Shown here piece after piece: positions 24,532 to 39,137 of a DNA stretch of 64,000 nt. Each line of letters begins with the position of its first letter. The stretch's first letter is position 1. This DNA is from Nemertoderma westbladi (lineage: Eukaryota; Animalia; Xenacoelomorpha). Location of the stretch: positions 1 to 64,000 of the forward strand of contig JAUCBJ010005472.1 of assembly GCA_032718475.1 (NCBI GenBank). Direction: 5' to 3'. A program made the translations under genes and the position numbers. The notes beneath the pieces were generated by a model. That model saw only the letters and a program-made list of their open reading frames with translations. It was not told the origin of the DNA and did no database searches.

Positions 24532-27500
24532 TCCATACAGTATCATTATGAACCATTAATCATACTATTACATACAGTATCATTATGAACTATTAATTAT
24601 CACACTATTACATACAGTATCATTATGAACCATTAATTATCATACTATTACATACAGTATCATTATGAACCATTAATTATCCTACTATCATATACAGTAT
24701 CATTATGATCCATTAATTTTCATACTATTACATACAGTATCATTATGAACCATTAATTATCATACTATTACATAGTATCATTATGAACTATTAATTATCC
24801 TACTGTTACATACAGTATCATTATGAACCATTAATTATCCTACTATTACATACAGTATCATTATGAACCATTAATTATCCTACTATCATATACAGTATCA
24901 TTATGATCCATTAATTTTCATACTATTACATACAGTATCATTATGAACCATTAATTATCATACTATTACATAGTATCATTATGAACTATTAATTATCCTA
25001 CTATTACATACAGTATCATTATGAACCATTAATTATCCTACTATTACATACAGTATCATTATGAACTATTAATTATCCTACTATTACATAGTATCATTAT
25101 GAACCATTAATTATCCTACTATCATATACAGTATCATTATGATCCATTAATTTTCATACTATTACATACAGTATCAGTATGAACCATTAATTATCATACT
25201 ATTACATACAGTATCATTATGAACTATTAATTATCACACTATTACATACAGTATCATTATGAACCATTAATTATCATACTATTACATACAGTATCATTAT
25301 GAACTATTATTTATCCTACTATTACATACAGTATCATTATGAACCATTAATTATCATACTATTACATACAGTATCATTATGAACCATTAATTATCATACT
25401 ATTACATACAGTATCATTATGAACTATTAATTATCACACTATTACATACAGTATCATTATGAACCATTAATTATCATACTATTACATACAGTATCATTAT
25501 GAACTATTATTTATCCTACTATTACATACAGTATCATTATGAACCATTAATTATCATACTATTACATACAGTATCATTATGAACCATTAATCATCATACT
25601 ATTACATACAGTATCATTATGAACTATTATTTATCCTACTATTACATACAGTATCATTATGAACCATTAATTATCATACTATTACATACAGTATCATTAT
25701 GAACTATTATTTATCCTACTATTACATACAGTATCATTATGAACCATTAATTATCATACTATTACATACAGTATCATTATGAACTATTAATTATCACACT
25801 ATTACATACAGTATCATTATGAACCATTAATTATCATACTATTACATACAGTATCATTATGAACTATTATTTATCCTACTATTACATACAGTATCATTAT
25901 GAACCAATAATTATCATACTATTACATACAGTATCATTCTGAACTATTATTTATCCTACTATTACATACAGTATCATTATGAACCATTAATTATCATACT
26001 ATTACATACAGTATCATTATGAACTATTATTTATCCTACTATTACATACAGTATCATTATGAACCATTAATTATCATACTATTACATACAGTATCATTAT
26101 GAACTATTAATTATCACACTATTACATACAGTATCATTATGAACCATTAATTATCATACTATTACATACAGTATCATTATGAACTATTATTTATCCTACT
26201 ATTACATACAGTATCATTATGAACCATTAATTATCATACTATTACATACAGTATCATTATGAACTATTAATTATCACACTATTACATACAGTATCATTAT
26301 GAACCATTAATTATCATACTATTACATACAGTATCATTATGATCCATTATTTATCCTACTATTACATACAGTATCATTATGAACTATTAATTATCCTACT
26401 ATCACATACAGTATCATTATGATCCATTAATTTTCATACTATTACATACAGTATCATTATGAACCATTAATTATCATACTATTTCATACAGTATCATTAT
26501 GAACTATTAATTATCCTACTATTACATAGTATCATTATGAACCATTGATCATACTATTACATACAGTATCATTATGAACCATTAATTATCATACTATTAC
26601 ATACAGTATCATTATGAACCATTAATTATCATAATATTACATACAGTATCATTATGAACCATTAATTATCATACTATTACATACAGTATCATTATGAACT
26701 ATTAATTATCCTACTATTACATAGTATCATTATGAACTATTAATTATCCTACTATTACATAGTATCATTATGAACCATTGATCATACTATTACATACAGT
26801 ATCATTATGAACCATTAATTATCATACTATTACATACAGTATCATTATGAACCATTAATTATCATACTATTACATACAGTATCATTATGAACCATTAATT
26901 ATCATACTATTACATACAGTATCATTATGAACCATTAATTATCCTACTATTACATACAGTATCATTATGAACCATTAATTATCATACTATTACATACAGT
27001 ATCATTATGAACCATTAATTATCATACTATTACATACAGTATCATTATGAACTATTAATTATCCTACTATTACATAGTATCATTATGAACCATTGATCAT
27101 ACTATTACATACAGTATCATTATGAACCATTAATTATCATACTATTACATACAGTATCATTATGAACCATTAATTATCATACTATTACATACAGTATCAT
27201 TATGAACTATTAATTATCCTACTATTACATACAGTATCATTATGATCCATTAATTTTCATACTATTACATACAGTATCATTATGAACCATTAATTATCAT
27301 ACTATTACATAGTATCATTATGAACTATTAATTATCCTACTATTACATAGTATCATTATGAACCATTGATCATACTATTACATACAGTATCATTATGAAC
27401 TATTAATTATCCTACTATCACATACAGTATCATTATGATCCATTAATTTTCATACTATTACATACAGTATCATTATGAACCATTAATTATCATACTATTA

Positions 27501-27717
27501 CATACAGTATCATTATGAACCATTAATTATCATACTATTACATACAGTATCATTATGAACTATTAATTATCCTACTATTACATACAGTATCATTATGATC
27601 CATTAATTTTCATACTATTACATACAGTAAGTATCATTATGAACCATTAATTATCATACTATTACATACAGTATCATTATGAACCATTAATTATCATACT
27701 ATTACATACAGTATCAT
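24532..27717. repeat. AT-rich satellite, 40-bp unit (main block)
   Basis: Tandem atcattatgaaccattaattatcatactattacatacagt. Confidence 0.97.
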
Positions 27718-29723
27718 TGTTTGCGCTTTTAAGACCTTTGACAGTTTAACCTGCCAAATTAGGATGTCTTTTAGATGATATATAGTCTTTAGCCTATGAC
27801 GAGTATTTGATACACTACATTAGCCGAAGCCAGTCTATGCGCAATCATTCACCCGCTGGATATACCCGGGAGACTGAATTCGGAAGCTTAATGATTGATG
27901 GTGTAAGCCTACCGTATTATTCGACTGATCGTAATATATAATCTCTGACAAATATTATTCACTTTCGGGAAATATTAACAGTTCCTTTAGGACGTGGCGC
28001 TCTAAATATGTAAACAGAGTTATGACTTAAACTAGACACAACAAAAAGGCTATAGAGTTACGTATATGGCGCATTCTTTAGGAGATGCTTTGTTATCAGT
28101 TACAATCATACACAATGCTGCACAATGCTGCACACCAATCTGCCGACCTTCACTAATTTTAGTCACATACAAAGAGAATAACAGACAATACATGTAGGGC
28201 CTATAAAATAGCATTAGATTCACTTCACACCACTTAACATAGGTCGCAATCGTTTATCTGTAACCGGTCTCTCTAACCTTTAGTATATCAAGAAGGTTGG
28301 GTGTCTGACTATTGATCAGTATTCCAAATATGTGGCAGTGAAAGCGAAAAGGTACCTTAAGGTGAAAATGAGGTTTTTGAGTTAGATATTGCATGTGATT
28401 GGCCAACATCTCAGCTCTCTAATGAGCTATAAATCATCCTGATTGGATGAGTACATCAAGAGTTATTAGAATTTAAGTATTGGCAAGACAACCAGATGGA
28501 AAATATACTATTATGAGTAAATCGCGTTTAAAGTTTTCGTTGTATTTTAATAGTCGTAGGGATTACTTACAAAATATATTGAAAGTGAGTTTGCTAAATT
28601 GGAGTGGGGCGGGGATTGTGTTGTGATGTTGAGGCTTGAGGGGAAAAATGTGTAAAAGGAATGTGCATTAGCAAACTAATGAACAACTATGCTGCCATTT
28701 TTTCTAGCCAGGACTTCGAGCAGCACGTGAACAACTATGCTGGGTTTTTATCTAGTCTGGGACTCCGAGCAGTACATGAACAACTAAGAGACCGATTGAC
28801 AAGCAAACATATTGAAAATAACTGGAAGATAGTTTTCTATTGGAATAATAAGGCATATACTGTAAATTAATTTATAAGAGTAAATCTACATAGAACAACA
28901 TAATATCTATCGGGAATGAAATTTCAAAACTTCTGACTACCCTCAATCAAAGCTGACTATCTCCAAAACTAAGCTAGCTGTTAACATACCGTTAACAGAT
29001 TTGGATTCCTCATTAAAAACTGCATATATCACATTGAAAATAAAAAAATTTAAAATTTTAACTTGAAAATTTAATTTTTCTTTAAATACGATTTTCTCAA
29101 AACGTCATTTTCACCTTAAGGTACCTTTTCGCTTTCACCGCCACATATAATCTTCCATCAACAAATATAATGAATAACCGACAGCAAAAGCAGTAATGTT
29201 AAGTAAGATATGCATGATATGTTTAGTAAGCATTGATAAGGTAACTCGTTAACTCGATTTGCATTGGTATGGTTAGATAACAGATATACGTTCTATAATT
29301 AAGCCTACTAATGTAAAGCTAAAGAATGCTGATATACGGAGGTGCCAAAAGCCGATGTTCTTAGGCTCTGGGCAAAAACATAACACTGAATTCCTGAGTT
29401 TCTGTATCCACCTCCAACACAGAGACAAAAAACGCTCTGATTGGTCGACCGAACAACGAGAGAACAAAGAAACAAAGAAATGTCGACGTGGCAATATCAG
29501 CTGTTAGCCGTCGTCATGGTAGCGACACTGTTTTCAAGAGTATCGAGCTTATTGCGTCCCGAAATTGCGGATTATGTCCTCTAAAGTACAAATACAGAAG
29601 AAATGGCTTTTATGTCCTCTAAAACACCAGTACAGTAAGGACACGGCCTTTTTATGCCCAGTAAACCAACTACAGAGTACTTTACGGGGAAAATAACCGG
29701 CTAATTACGCAAAAGCTTTTACA
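27718..29723 (-). mobile_element. Solo LTR of the BEL/Pao element (with nested MITE)
   Basis: TG...CA termini; ATCAT on both sides (27713-27717 and 29724-29728); nearly identical to 41039-42227 apart from the insert. Confidence 0.88.
28331..29145. mobile_element. MITE with ~40-bp TIRs and TA TSD
   Basis: tgtggcagtgaaagcgaaaaggtaccttaaggtgaaaatga ... tcattttcaccttaaggtaccttttcgctttcaccgccaca; the empty site (ccaaaTAtaatc) is visible in the other LTR at ~41650. Confidence 0.92.
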
Positions 29724-29982
29724 ATCATTATGAACCATTAATTATCATACTATTACATACAGTATCATTATGAACCATTAATTATCATACTATTACATAC
29801 AGTATCATTATGAACCATTAATTATCATACTATTACATACAGTATCATTATGAACTATTATTTATCCTACTATTACATACAGTATCATTATGAACCATTA
29901 ATTATCATACTATTACATACAGTATCATTATGAACTATTAATTATCACACTATTACATACATTATCATTATGAACCATTAAT
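29724..29982. repeat. 40-bp satellite, second block
   Basis: About 6 units of the same monomer. Confidence 0.95.
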
Positions 29983-32930
29983 GGACCATGGGGTTGTCTA
30001 AGTTCGATATCTTCTTAGAGATTCTGGATTTCACGATCGAACTGAGATAAAGACAATTCGTTTATCGCTTGGACTTGCTGTTACAACTTACGTTTATCTG
30101 AACAAACGCAGGTTTCCTTTCTGATCTTTGTAGAATAGCGTTTAACTCGTTTGGTACAACGTTCTCCGCCACTTTGGTGACAGGTTATATCGTGTTAAGC
30201 CGGGACGGGACGATGGTGAGGGTTAAACGGCGATATTAAATGTCCGCGTCCCAATCCGGCTAGGTAGAATGGGCTAGTATCTAGGAAGCCCACAACTGGG
30301 GTGCCACCGACTAATTGTTCAGGTAACACTAGATCTTTGAGCAGTGAGTACAGCTCGGGAGGATCCGTCATACTAATAGGATCAAGAGTATGAAGTCTCA
30401 CTAGGGAATGAGGAGTTCTGATCGAGTATTCCGAAACTCTGATCATTGGTTTATTTAAGGATCGTCTGAGTCGAATGAGCGTAGGTGATACATCGAACAA
30501 GTTTCGCTCGAAACTCCCGTAAGTATAGCGAGTAAAACCGTGTTTAAAGCAACGTCTCCGCGGATGTTTATGTCTTTCCGTTTGTTGGTTGGGTCTTGGG
30601 CATTCATCGCAATAATACCAAAAACGCACGTCTTGTAGGGGAAACGCGAGTGATCTTTCTCCAGCTTACAATATTCCTCCATCCGTTCGAAGCTATCCGG
30701 TACAACAGGTAGCGATCGATCGGCGGTAAGATACATCATAGTGGAATAGAGCCGTTTGAGTTCTACCATGCGGTCATGATGTATACCTTGAGGATATCGA
30801 GTTTCTAGATTCTGTTGACTGGTAATATCGAGATAGGTTTCTCTCAAGAATTCCAGGTATTTGGTGGAGTCGCTGCATTTATCCGGCTCTTCGACATCTG
30901 CACTTTCGAGTCGGTTTCGAATAGAATTTTCGTGTTCGAGTCTCAGTTTATCGTTCCGCTTCCGCTGGGTATGATATTTAAATAAACCATTTCCCTTTGG
31001 TGTCTATATCGTTCGTATCGTGTAGGTCGATAGGATGACCAGTAGTTAAGAAGTCCATATACGTACCATTACGATGAGTATAGCGAGCGGTGAATTTTCT
31101 ACAGTCTAACCCACGCGCAAGTTGCTCCCGGGACATTGGCGGTTAGATATAACGACCATCGTCCTCCGTAGTAGTTGGACCAGCGTCGCCGCGTATCAAG
31201 CTATCAACAAACGCTTGTAAAGGTAGAGTATATCGTTCCCTGATACCAAGATCATCTTCTATCAACTCAATCATATCTGCTATATAAGTTTATCCATATT
31301 ATAATGAGTTTATATTTAGGCGAGCGGGCGTCGCTGCCTACCCCTCTCTGCCCCCGGACAGTGCGAGATCCTCAGCGCTGGTGCACTTTCGCCGATGTGC
31401 CTATCGCCAACGTCGTAGCTGCGCAACGACTACAACAACCAGCACAAGTCACTCCACCGTCCGTCCCAAAGGCTTAGATATACTTCAGGTTCTTACTGGA
31501 GAGTTAGGGTTACTTTCACAATTGCGACTCGCTACTGTAAACACACCTTAGTAGTAACATTCACCTACAAACGCACAAATTCCACGTAACAGTCACAAAT
31601 GGTACACATTCTATCACACATTCGGGTCATTTGTCCGTTAGTCAAGTGCCTTCCAGAATGTCACCTTGTTATTATGTATCCTTGGATACTAGCGGTGTGC
31701 TATTTATTCCGTATGCTATTCAATACGCAAGCCCTTTATTGTTCTTTTAACTCACTTCTAATTCTAGCGTGGTTGTTGCCATGGTGACATTATGGAAAGC
31801 TAGCGGTAGAATTAGGGTAATTCTCATGCATACAGATCTGGGATGCTATTTAATAGTAATTCTTTAATTGTCAATATCCTCTCTATATATGATTTTATGA
31901 ATTTTATCGGCTATTGACTATACATTGGAGATTCTCACACACAAATACACTTAATATAGTGAATCTCCGCTCCCATGATCTATTAATTAATGGAATTTTG
32001 GGAATGTTATAAATTGTATAAAATTGCAATTTATTAAATTCATTAAAGTATGAATTTAAATTTATTCCCTGAAATTTTATTATTTGATAGTTAAATTGAC
32101 ACAATTTGATTCCAGAGCAGGTCTGGGGACATAGGATCCTTAATTCTATGAAAATTGTCTTTTAAGAGTATCGGTAAGTGCTACGATATCTTAATCGACT
32201 AGAATTGTTAAAGGATCTGAATTTTACAGATTTTGATTTATAGATTTGTAAATATTAAATAATTAATATTTGAGATGGGCACCAATTTATTCCAGAACTT
32301 GTCTGGGGACGTTAACCACTGATTCTAGAATTTTGTCTTTCAAGTATATCGGTGGGTGCCGCGATATCTTAATCGACTAGAATTGCAGATGGTCAAAGGG
32401 TTTAACAGATTTATTTTGCGTTTTACGCTACTGTTAAAGGGACATCACGCTACTATATGTATTATTTAATATACGGTATGAGAGCAATATCGCACGAAGC
32501 AATGTCAGTGTGAAGAGGCAAGTCGTTTCCAAGGTCTACCCAGAGCTTGGTTTAGCCGAGACACGAGGATCTGAACTTTGCATTCCTAATACTCTGCTTA
32601 CCAATAATACTTAAATATAGTAGGAGCTTTATTGTACTTTAATAAGTACGGATATTTCATCTTACTGTAGTTACGTATTTATAATATGATACGGACAGTA
32701 AGGAAAGAGAAAAAGAATTATTTCTCGCCGTCGCACTAAATATAATATATAAGTAATTAAGTAATAAACACTAATATATTGCACTAATCTACTAAATAAT
32801 CACTAAATAACATTCTACTAAATTAAATTAAAGAAAACGATTATAATAAAATTACATAATAATACATACATAATATAAAATAATAAAATAAATATAAAAT
32901 AATGTAGTCACACACCCACTCCGTATGTTG

Positions 32931-35364
32931 TTACGTTATGGAGTCCCTAGATATTTGTTGGATTAGGGAGGTGGTCGTGGGAAGAGTATCTTGCCTTCCA
33001 TAGTTTCCGGACAGTTTTCGGTCTCTTTCCAGTAAACATAAACGACCAGCTGGGCGATTGAGTGGTTGTGTTACTTTCTCCGCTCCCTTGGCCTGTCTAA
33101 TCTTCGCCGGGTTAAGATGGGGAGGCCATTCATCTTCTTTATTTAGGAAGTCGGGTCCACCTAACCGGTCTGGAGTATCTGTCAGTTCTTGAGGAGTTGC
33201 TCCTCTGGAGGCGATGTCGGCTAGATTAATCGTCTCGGGGCAATGTCTCCATTGATCTACATTGGAGTTGATGTCGTCATTATCTGAGGAGTATGGTGTT
33301 CCCTCAGTTGGGTCGTCAACTTCACTGCTCTCCAATTCCCGTTCACTTAATTGATATACCTGTTCTTTTGGTAATCTTTCTATAAGAGTTCTACGAGAAG
33401 GGCCAGTAAAGTACCAACCTACTCTAGTTTTTCCCGCATAGACTTGTAGTGGTTGCGGTTGAGCAGGCCGTTTCTCCAATGTCTCGAGCGCTTCATGCGC
33501 ATTTTGACCGATGAGTATTTGGACTCCAGGGTAATCGGTGTTGAATCTAGGTATTTCAAACTGCTGGGTGAAATCATCCTCATCCCAGTTATAAGGTTCC
33601 ACTTGGGTGGTAGCGAAGTTCTTTATTGCCACCATTTTCACTGACCTTATGCTGTGTTCTCCTAGTTCATCCTGGGGGGTGGACAACGCGCCTACATAAT
33701 AATCCGCTATTACGGTAGATTTCCAAACTTGCATAATTCCTGACATGTTTAGCTTAGTTCGGAACTTGGGTTGTCCAGCAAAGATGTCTTCGGCTAGTTC
33801 TTTGTCGATGAATGTTCCTGTGCTACCGGAGTCAAGGAGGGCGTTCACTACATAACTCCTTTTAGGTCCATGGACCCTTACCTGTACTACAGGAAATTCT
33901 CGGATTCCTACATTGGAAGGTGGCGCTTTCCAAGATGGTTGTCGATCAGAAGTAGTTAGAGTGAGGTCGCTGTCTGTATCTTTTTCATACGTGAGTGCTC
34001 GATACACTGCGGTATTTATCATGTAACAGGATTCGTTTTCGTCGGAGAACTCGTCCGTATAGAATCCTTCCATCTCAGATTGATCAGTGTCGTTCACATC
34101 ACTGAATTGGACATGTAGTTCGGAATCACTTACCTGACTCGGACTATTTCGCTCGAATTCAGTGTGCAACAAGATATGATGTTTCGCACCGCACTTTGCA
34201 CACCTTGTGTCGGAGTAACAGGTTCGCCGTTGGTGTCCTCGTCTGAGACAATTATAACACAACCGCTTATCCCACATGACTTCACGTCTGTCCTTTAGTG
34301 ATTTCCTCAGGAATTCATCACACGCACTTAAACGGTGGGGCCCATCGCACAGCACACATTTGGGCTTGATGTTACTTACTTTAACATGTGCTGTGTGGTG
34401 CACGTTCGTTCTTTCCTCGGGCTTTCTCACCTGAATTCTCTTGGGAGACGTAGGAGGAGTTTTTCTTACCTGTTCTTTCCTGTCATTGGTTCGAGACTTG
34501 AATTTACTTACCTGGTCTTTAGGCGTTTTATTGACATAATAAGATCTTTCAGTGTCTTTCCCGCTATCCTCTCCTTGAGAAGTCTGGCTTTCGCCGTCGT
34601 CTGTATAACACACTGGTGTTACCCTTCTCCTAGAAACGGGTTTCTCACTTACCTTGTTTTCCAGTGTCTTCTCTCTGGACTGCCTTAGGAGCTGTAATTT
34701 CACTTCTCTATCTAAGAATGACATGAGATCAGTCATGGTAGGGTCTCGTCGTTGTTGTTCCATCATATATAACACTTTCTTGTCCCAGCGTGTACCTACT
34801 CCACCCTTGGGCAAAGTAGATGCTAAGGCTCCTACAACCATAGAATTCTGGTATTCATGAGACTTACCTAGCCAATCTAATTGTCTACAGATCTCCTGAA
34901 TCTCATCGGAAAACTCTATAATCCCGCTGCTAAGAAACTTTCGGGGCGCCATTAATTTTGCATACAAATACCTAGCTATGTTATTCCTATTACCATACCT
35001 GATGTTTAGTGTATCCCAAACTTGTCTTAATCCGTCTGGATGTCCAATAAACTTTAACGCCATTAACTTGGGAGGTCCTTCCAAGCACTCGATGAGGAAT
35101 CTAAGTTTCTCTCCATTAGATAGTACAGAGTTCTGTATGTTATCTTTGTAATATTCATTAAAAGGTAACCATTTCATCTCATCTCCATTGAACTTGACGA
35201 TCTCTCCCACCTTTACCGCTTGCCGGGCTTCGGTTCTAGCCATTTGACGCGTAAAACTTTCTTGGGCCATCGTGTTATTTAATATCGAGTTATCGGTATA
35301 TAAATTTCTCGGATTATGATCCGGTCTATAGGGAATATCATTATCAACAGGTCTATAATTACCC
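32931..35364 (-). CDS. BEL/Pao gag (DUF1759-like, three Zn knuckles) + aspartic protease + fused pol remnants
   Basis: KFNGD..KWLPF...YL/FL...LEG; knuckles CVLCDGPHRLSAC, CYNCLRRGHQRRTC and CAKCGAKHHILLH; protease ALLDSGSTGTFI; WRHCP..NLADIASRG...GPDFL..WP; no RT or integrase core. Confidence 0.88.
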
Positions 35365-35368
35365 TTAA

Positions 35369-36931
35369 CCCTATTAAACCCGGGGGGGGGTCAATATGAC
35401 CCCTCCCGTGGTTTTTTTATTATAATTCTGAAACAAACGCAGTTGGGTATCTGAAATTTTATGACTTTTCCTAAAAATCTATTGTCTTCCTAGTAGTGAA
35501 AACCGTTTTTAAAAATATTGGGTAGTTTTCGAGTTATAGCACCATTTTTTAACCCTACTTTTGGCACTTTTTTTGAGACGTTTTTTGAAAATTACATTTC
35601 ATTAAATATGAATTGTAACATCTCTATTATTGATTTACATCGGTTTTTTGGTGTTAGAAATAAATTGGATGGAATTCATATAAATTGATTTAGAAATTTC
35701 AAACTTGTTTTTTTCGGCGGGTGCCAATTTTTGGTGCCAGCACCAAATTTTGAAATATGTCAATTTTGTAAATTGATTGTGTGAAACTTGTTTTTTACGC
35801 AATTGGGGTTTTTTGGGGTTCTGGTTTCGATGAAATATATACGAGTTGCACCAAGCGTATCAAACTTGTATTTTTCGGTGGTGGGTGCAAATTTTGGTGC
35901 TAGCACAAAATTTTGAAAATCCATTCAATTGATAAAATTGTTTGTGACAATTTATTTCTTGCGTTTTAGAAGTTTATGGCTATTCTGAATTGAATGGAAT
36001 ATATATTTTTCGATCTAGGCATCTCAAACTTGTATTTTTCGGAAGTGGGTGCAAAATGTGGTGCTAGCACCAAATTTTGAAAACCATCAAATATATAAAT
36101 TGATTGTGTCACCTTGTTTCTTGCGTTATACGGGTTTGTGAGGGTTCTGAATTCAATGGAATCAGTAAAAATTTCATGAGAGTTTTCAAACTTGTATTTT
36201 TCGCCGGTGGGTGAAAATTGTTGTGCCAGCACCAAATTTTGGAAAATAAGCAAATTGATTAGTAGATAGTATCATCTTGTTTATTGCGTTATACGGGTTT
36301 ATGAGGGTCCTGAATCCGATGGAATCAATAAAAACAGCACTGGACATCGCAAACTTGTACTTTTTGGTGATGGGTACGAAATTTGGTCCTAGCACCAAAA
36401 TTTGCCAAATTACGTCGAAAAATACAAGTAGCAATGATGGGGCATTTTAGAAATGTATTCCATTAGAATCAGCGCCCTAGAAAACCTGAAAATGTGAATT
36501 TATAGCATCGTATAAGTGAATTAAAAATTTTGTGTTCTAACTGAAAAGTGCTGGTTACTTGTTTTTTTCATTTTTTTCCGACGCAGAGAGGACTAAACAC
36601 CCATTTATAGTAATCAAATCATTTTTAAATATTTTCCAATGTATTTTGCGCCCCAGAAAACCTGTATTAAAAAACAATTAGACGAAAAATGTAAGTTTCA
36701 AATTTTCTGAAAATTGTGCACTACTTGTAATTTTGGTGCTGCAATATAACCACCCCAGTACATTTTTTCGAAATTTTTTTTTTTCGGTCGGATCCTGACT
36801 AGTGATACCTACGTACAAACAAAAAATCAGACGTTTTCGTAAAAATTTGTAGATTTTAGAGGGGGGGGGGTCAATATGACCCCCCCCCCCCCGGTATTTG
36901 TACAACATTTTATAGCCCGGTACTAATAGGG
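35369..36931 (-). mobile_element. piggyBac-type non-autonomous element inserted in BEL gag
   Basis: TTAA at 35365-35368 and 36932-36935; same termini as the other copies. Confidence 0.93.
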
Positions 36932-39137
36932 TTAATAGGGTTCACTATAGGAGTTTCTACTTCGCTAGCAGTATAGATGCGTGTAGGCTCCACACCTTGC
37001 GCATGAGATACTTCAGACCTAACAGGTTGACACATTGTTACAGGGGGTGGTGGTATACCCTTTTGTGTATTTACTAATTTATCGCGTTCTAGCGCGATAC
37101 TTTGCTGCACTTCTTGCAACTCTACGCTACTTTCCCTTACTGTGCCCTTGAATTGCTGAACGGTCTCCTGCATCTGTCCGAGCAGGAGATCCATCCCCCG
37201 TCGTCTCTCATCCACCCATTCGACCGCCGAAGCGGGATTCGCCAACGTTGTAGCGGGCGGACGAGGGACAACGGGCGACAGACAAATCATGAATATTTCG
37301 CTCGGAGTCCAGGACTTGAACTGTCTCATGGGCTATTCTACTGGGCACAGGTAGCTTAGTGCTGTGCAGAGGGAATTTAGAGGTAGGTTCAGGGAGCACA
37401 GGTGTCTCTATCACCGAAGGGGTGGTTTCAAGAACAGACCTAATTATTTCAGGCTCATCTACTATAGTAGGGAGTCTTTCTATTGTAATTATTTGGTCTG
37501 TGGGTTCTATACTACCTAAGTTGGTGTTATTTAGTTGCCTTCTAACAGCTGGAGGCAAATCAGGCAATTTCTGACGGTGGGATGTTCTTTTACGTCTGCT
37601 TAGACGAGATCTATTTCCTTTGCCTTCAGTATCGGTGGTATCGCCTCCCTCAGATGATGTATATCCCTGTCTTTTGGGAGTAGATCGATTCATCATCTGC
37701 ATATTACTAGCTGTTAACTGTTTATTTATGCAGTCTTGATTCTCCTGAATATTTTCCAGTTCTAATTGGGCGATCTCTTCAGCCGCTACCCGTTCTGCTT
37801 CTGCCGCTGCCATTGCCGCTTTTCTTTCCATTTCGGCTGCTTTTCTTTTCGCTTCTGCCTCTGCCGCTGCTGCTTTTCTTTCCATTTCGGCTGCTTTCCT
37901 TTCCGCTTCGGCAGTTGCTACTGCTGCTTTCTTTCTGTCTTCTATACGTTTTTTCTTTACTTGTTCTTCTTGGACTTGTGTGATGCGGAGTTGTTCATCA
38001 AATTTAGCCTGGTTCGCAGCCCTCATTTCCACATCGATGGCATCCAACACACGCTGAGTTCCTTCACTATTAGGGCTAAGTCCATCTAACCTTCTCCTCA
38101 ACTCTTCATCACCTAAAAAACGTTGATAGTCTGACAGATAGATGTCAATGGCATCCCTCTTATGCGGCTTCTCTGCCGTCGCTTCACTTTCCACTTGGGA
38201 AAAAGTAGCGTCTGTTGATTCTCCATGGGTTGAGCGCTCCTCCAGCTGAGCTTTCCACTGAGCCGTTCCTTGAACCTGGAGACTCACCCGCTGAAACCAA
38301 GTCTTTACGGCAACTTGCAACGACGTGTCTTGTCTTCTTTTAGAAGCCTCTTCAAAGGCCGATAAGATTAGCCTGATTCGCAGAATTCTTTCTCTAACTT
38401 GATAAAGCAGTTGTCCCTGCTCTTGAGGTCCTTGTGGTTGTTTTAAACAGTTGTTCTTTTAGTCGCTCCATAGAGCTGAAGAATCCCTGTGCGTATCCGG
38501 CTGCGGACCTCTTCCACACAGCTGGATCGATGGTTTCCTTGGTTACTCCCATCCGGTGTATGTCTTCCCAGGCAGCTTCTGATAAATCAAACGGGAGTCC
38601 GGGTCCGGGGAAGTTCCATTGCGACTCGACAATAGACTTCAGTTCTTCCCTTGTGTATCCCGCATAACTATCTTTAGTTGATCGCTGACTTCTCGCCCAA
38701 TCGATCTGGTGTTCTTCCACCGCGATCAATATCCTAGTGAGTACGGCTGCAGGCAGGATGAGAAGGGGATCCGAATAAACCGCATCCGTCATCTTTGCTC
38801 CGCGCTCGGGTGTCAGCTCTACAGTATCCTCACTACTGGAGCTGTCGGGCCGCTGAGAAATAAGTTCTTGGCTCGCGGGTTGTTGCTGTTCCGCTGCTTC
38901 TTGGTCCCGCTTGACCTGAGCTCGAGTGCCTATGATAGACCTACGATGTTGGACCAGCCTAGGTTCTGTTATTACTACTGGAGGGATGACCTTCTTCACA
39001 GTGGGAGGGGACTTGGACTTTGGTCTCAGACGCTCTATACTCTTAGCTGAGTCCCAGATCTTTTTAAGACCCTGTCTAACACTCATTCTAGCACTTTCTA
39101 AGAGGCTATCTGACAATGTTTGTTTTGTGTCAGACAT
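36932..39137 (-). pseudogene. N-terminal part of BEL gag polyprotein (frameshifted, coiled-coil rich)
   Basis: Three consecutive minus-strand ORFs (39137-38394, 38320-37208, 37329-36932); the last joins the 35364-32931 frame once the piggyBac is removed. Confidence 0.7.
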
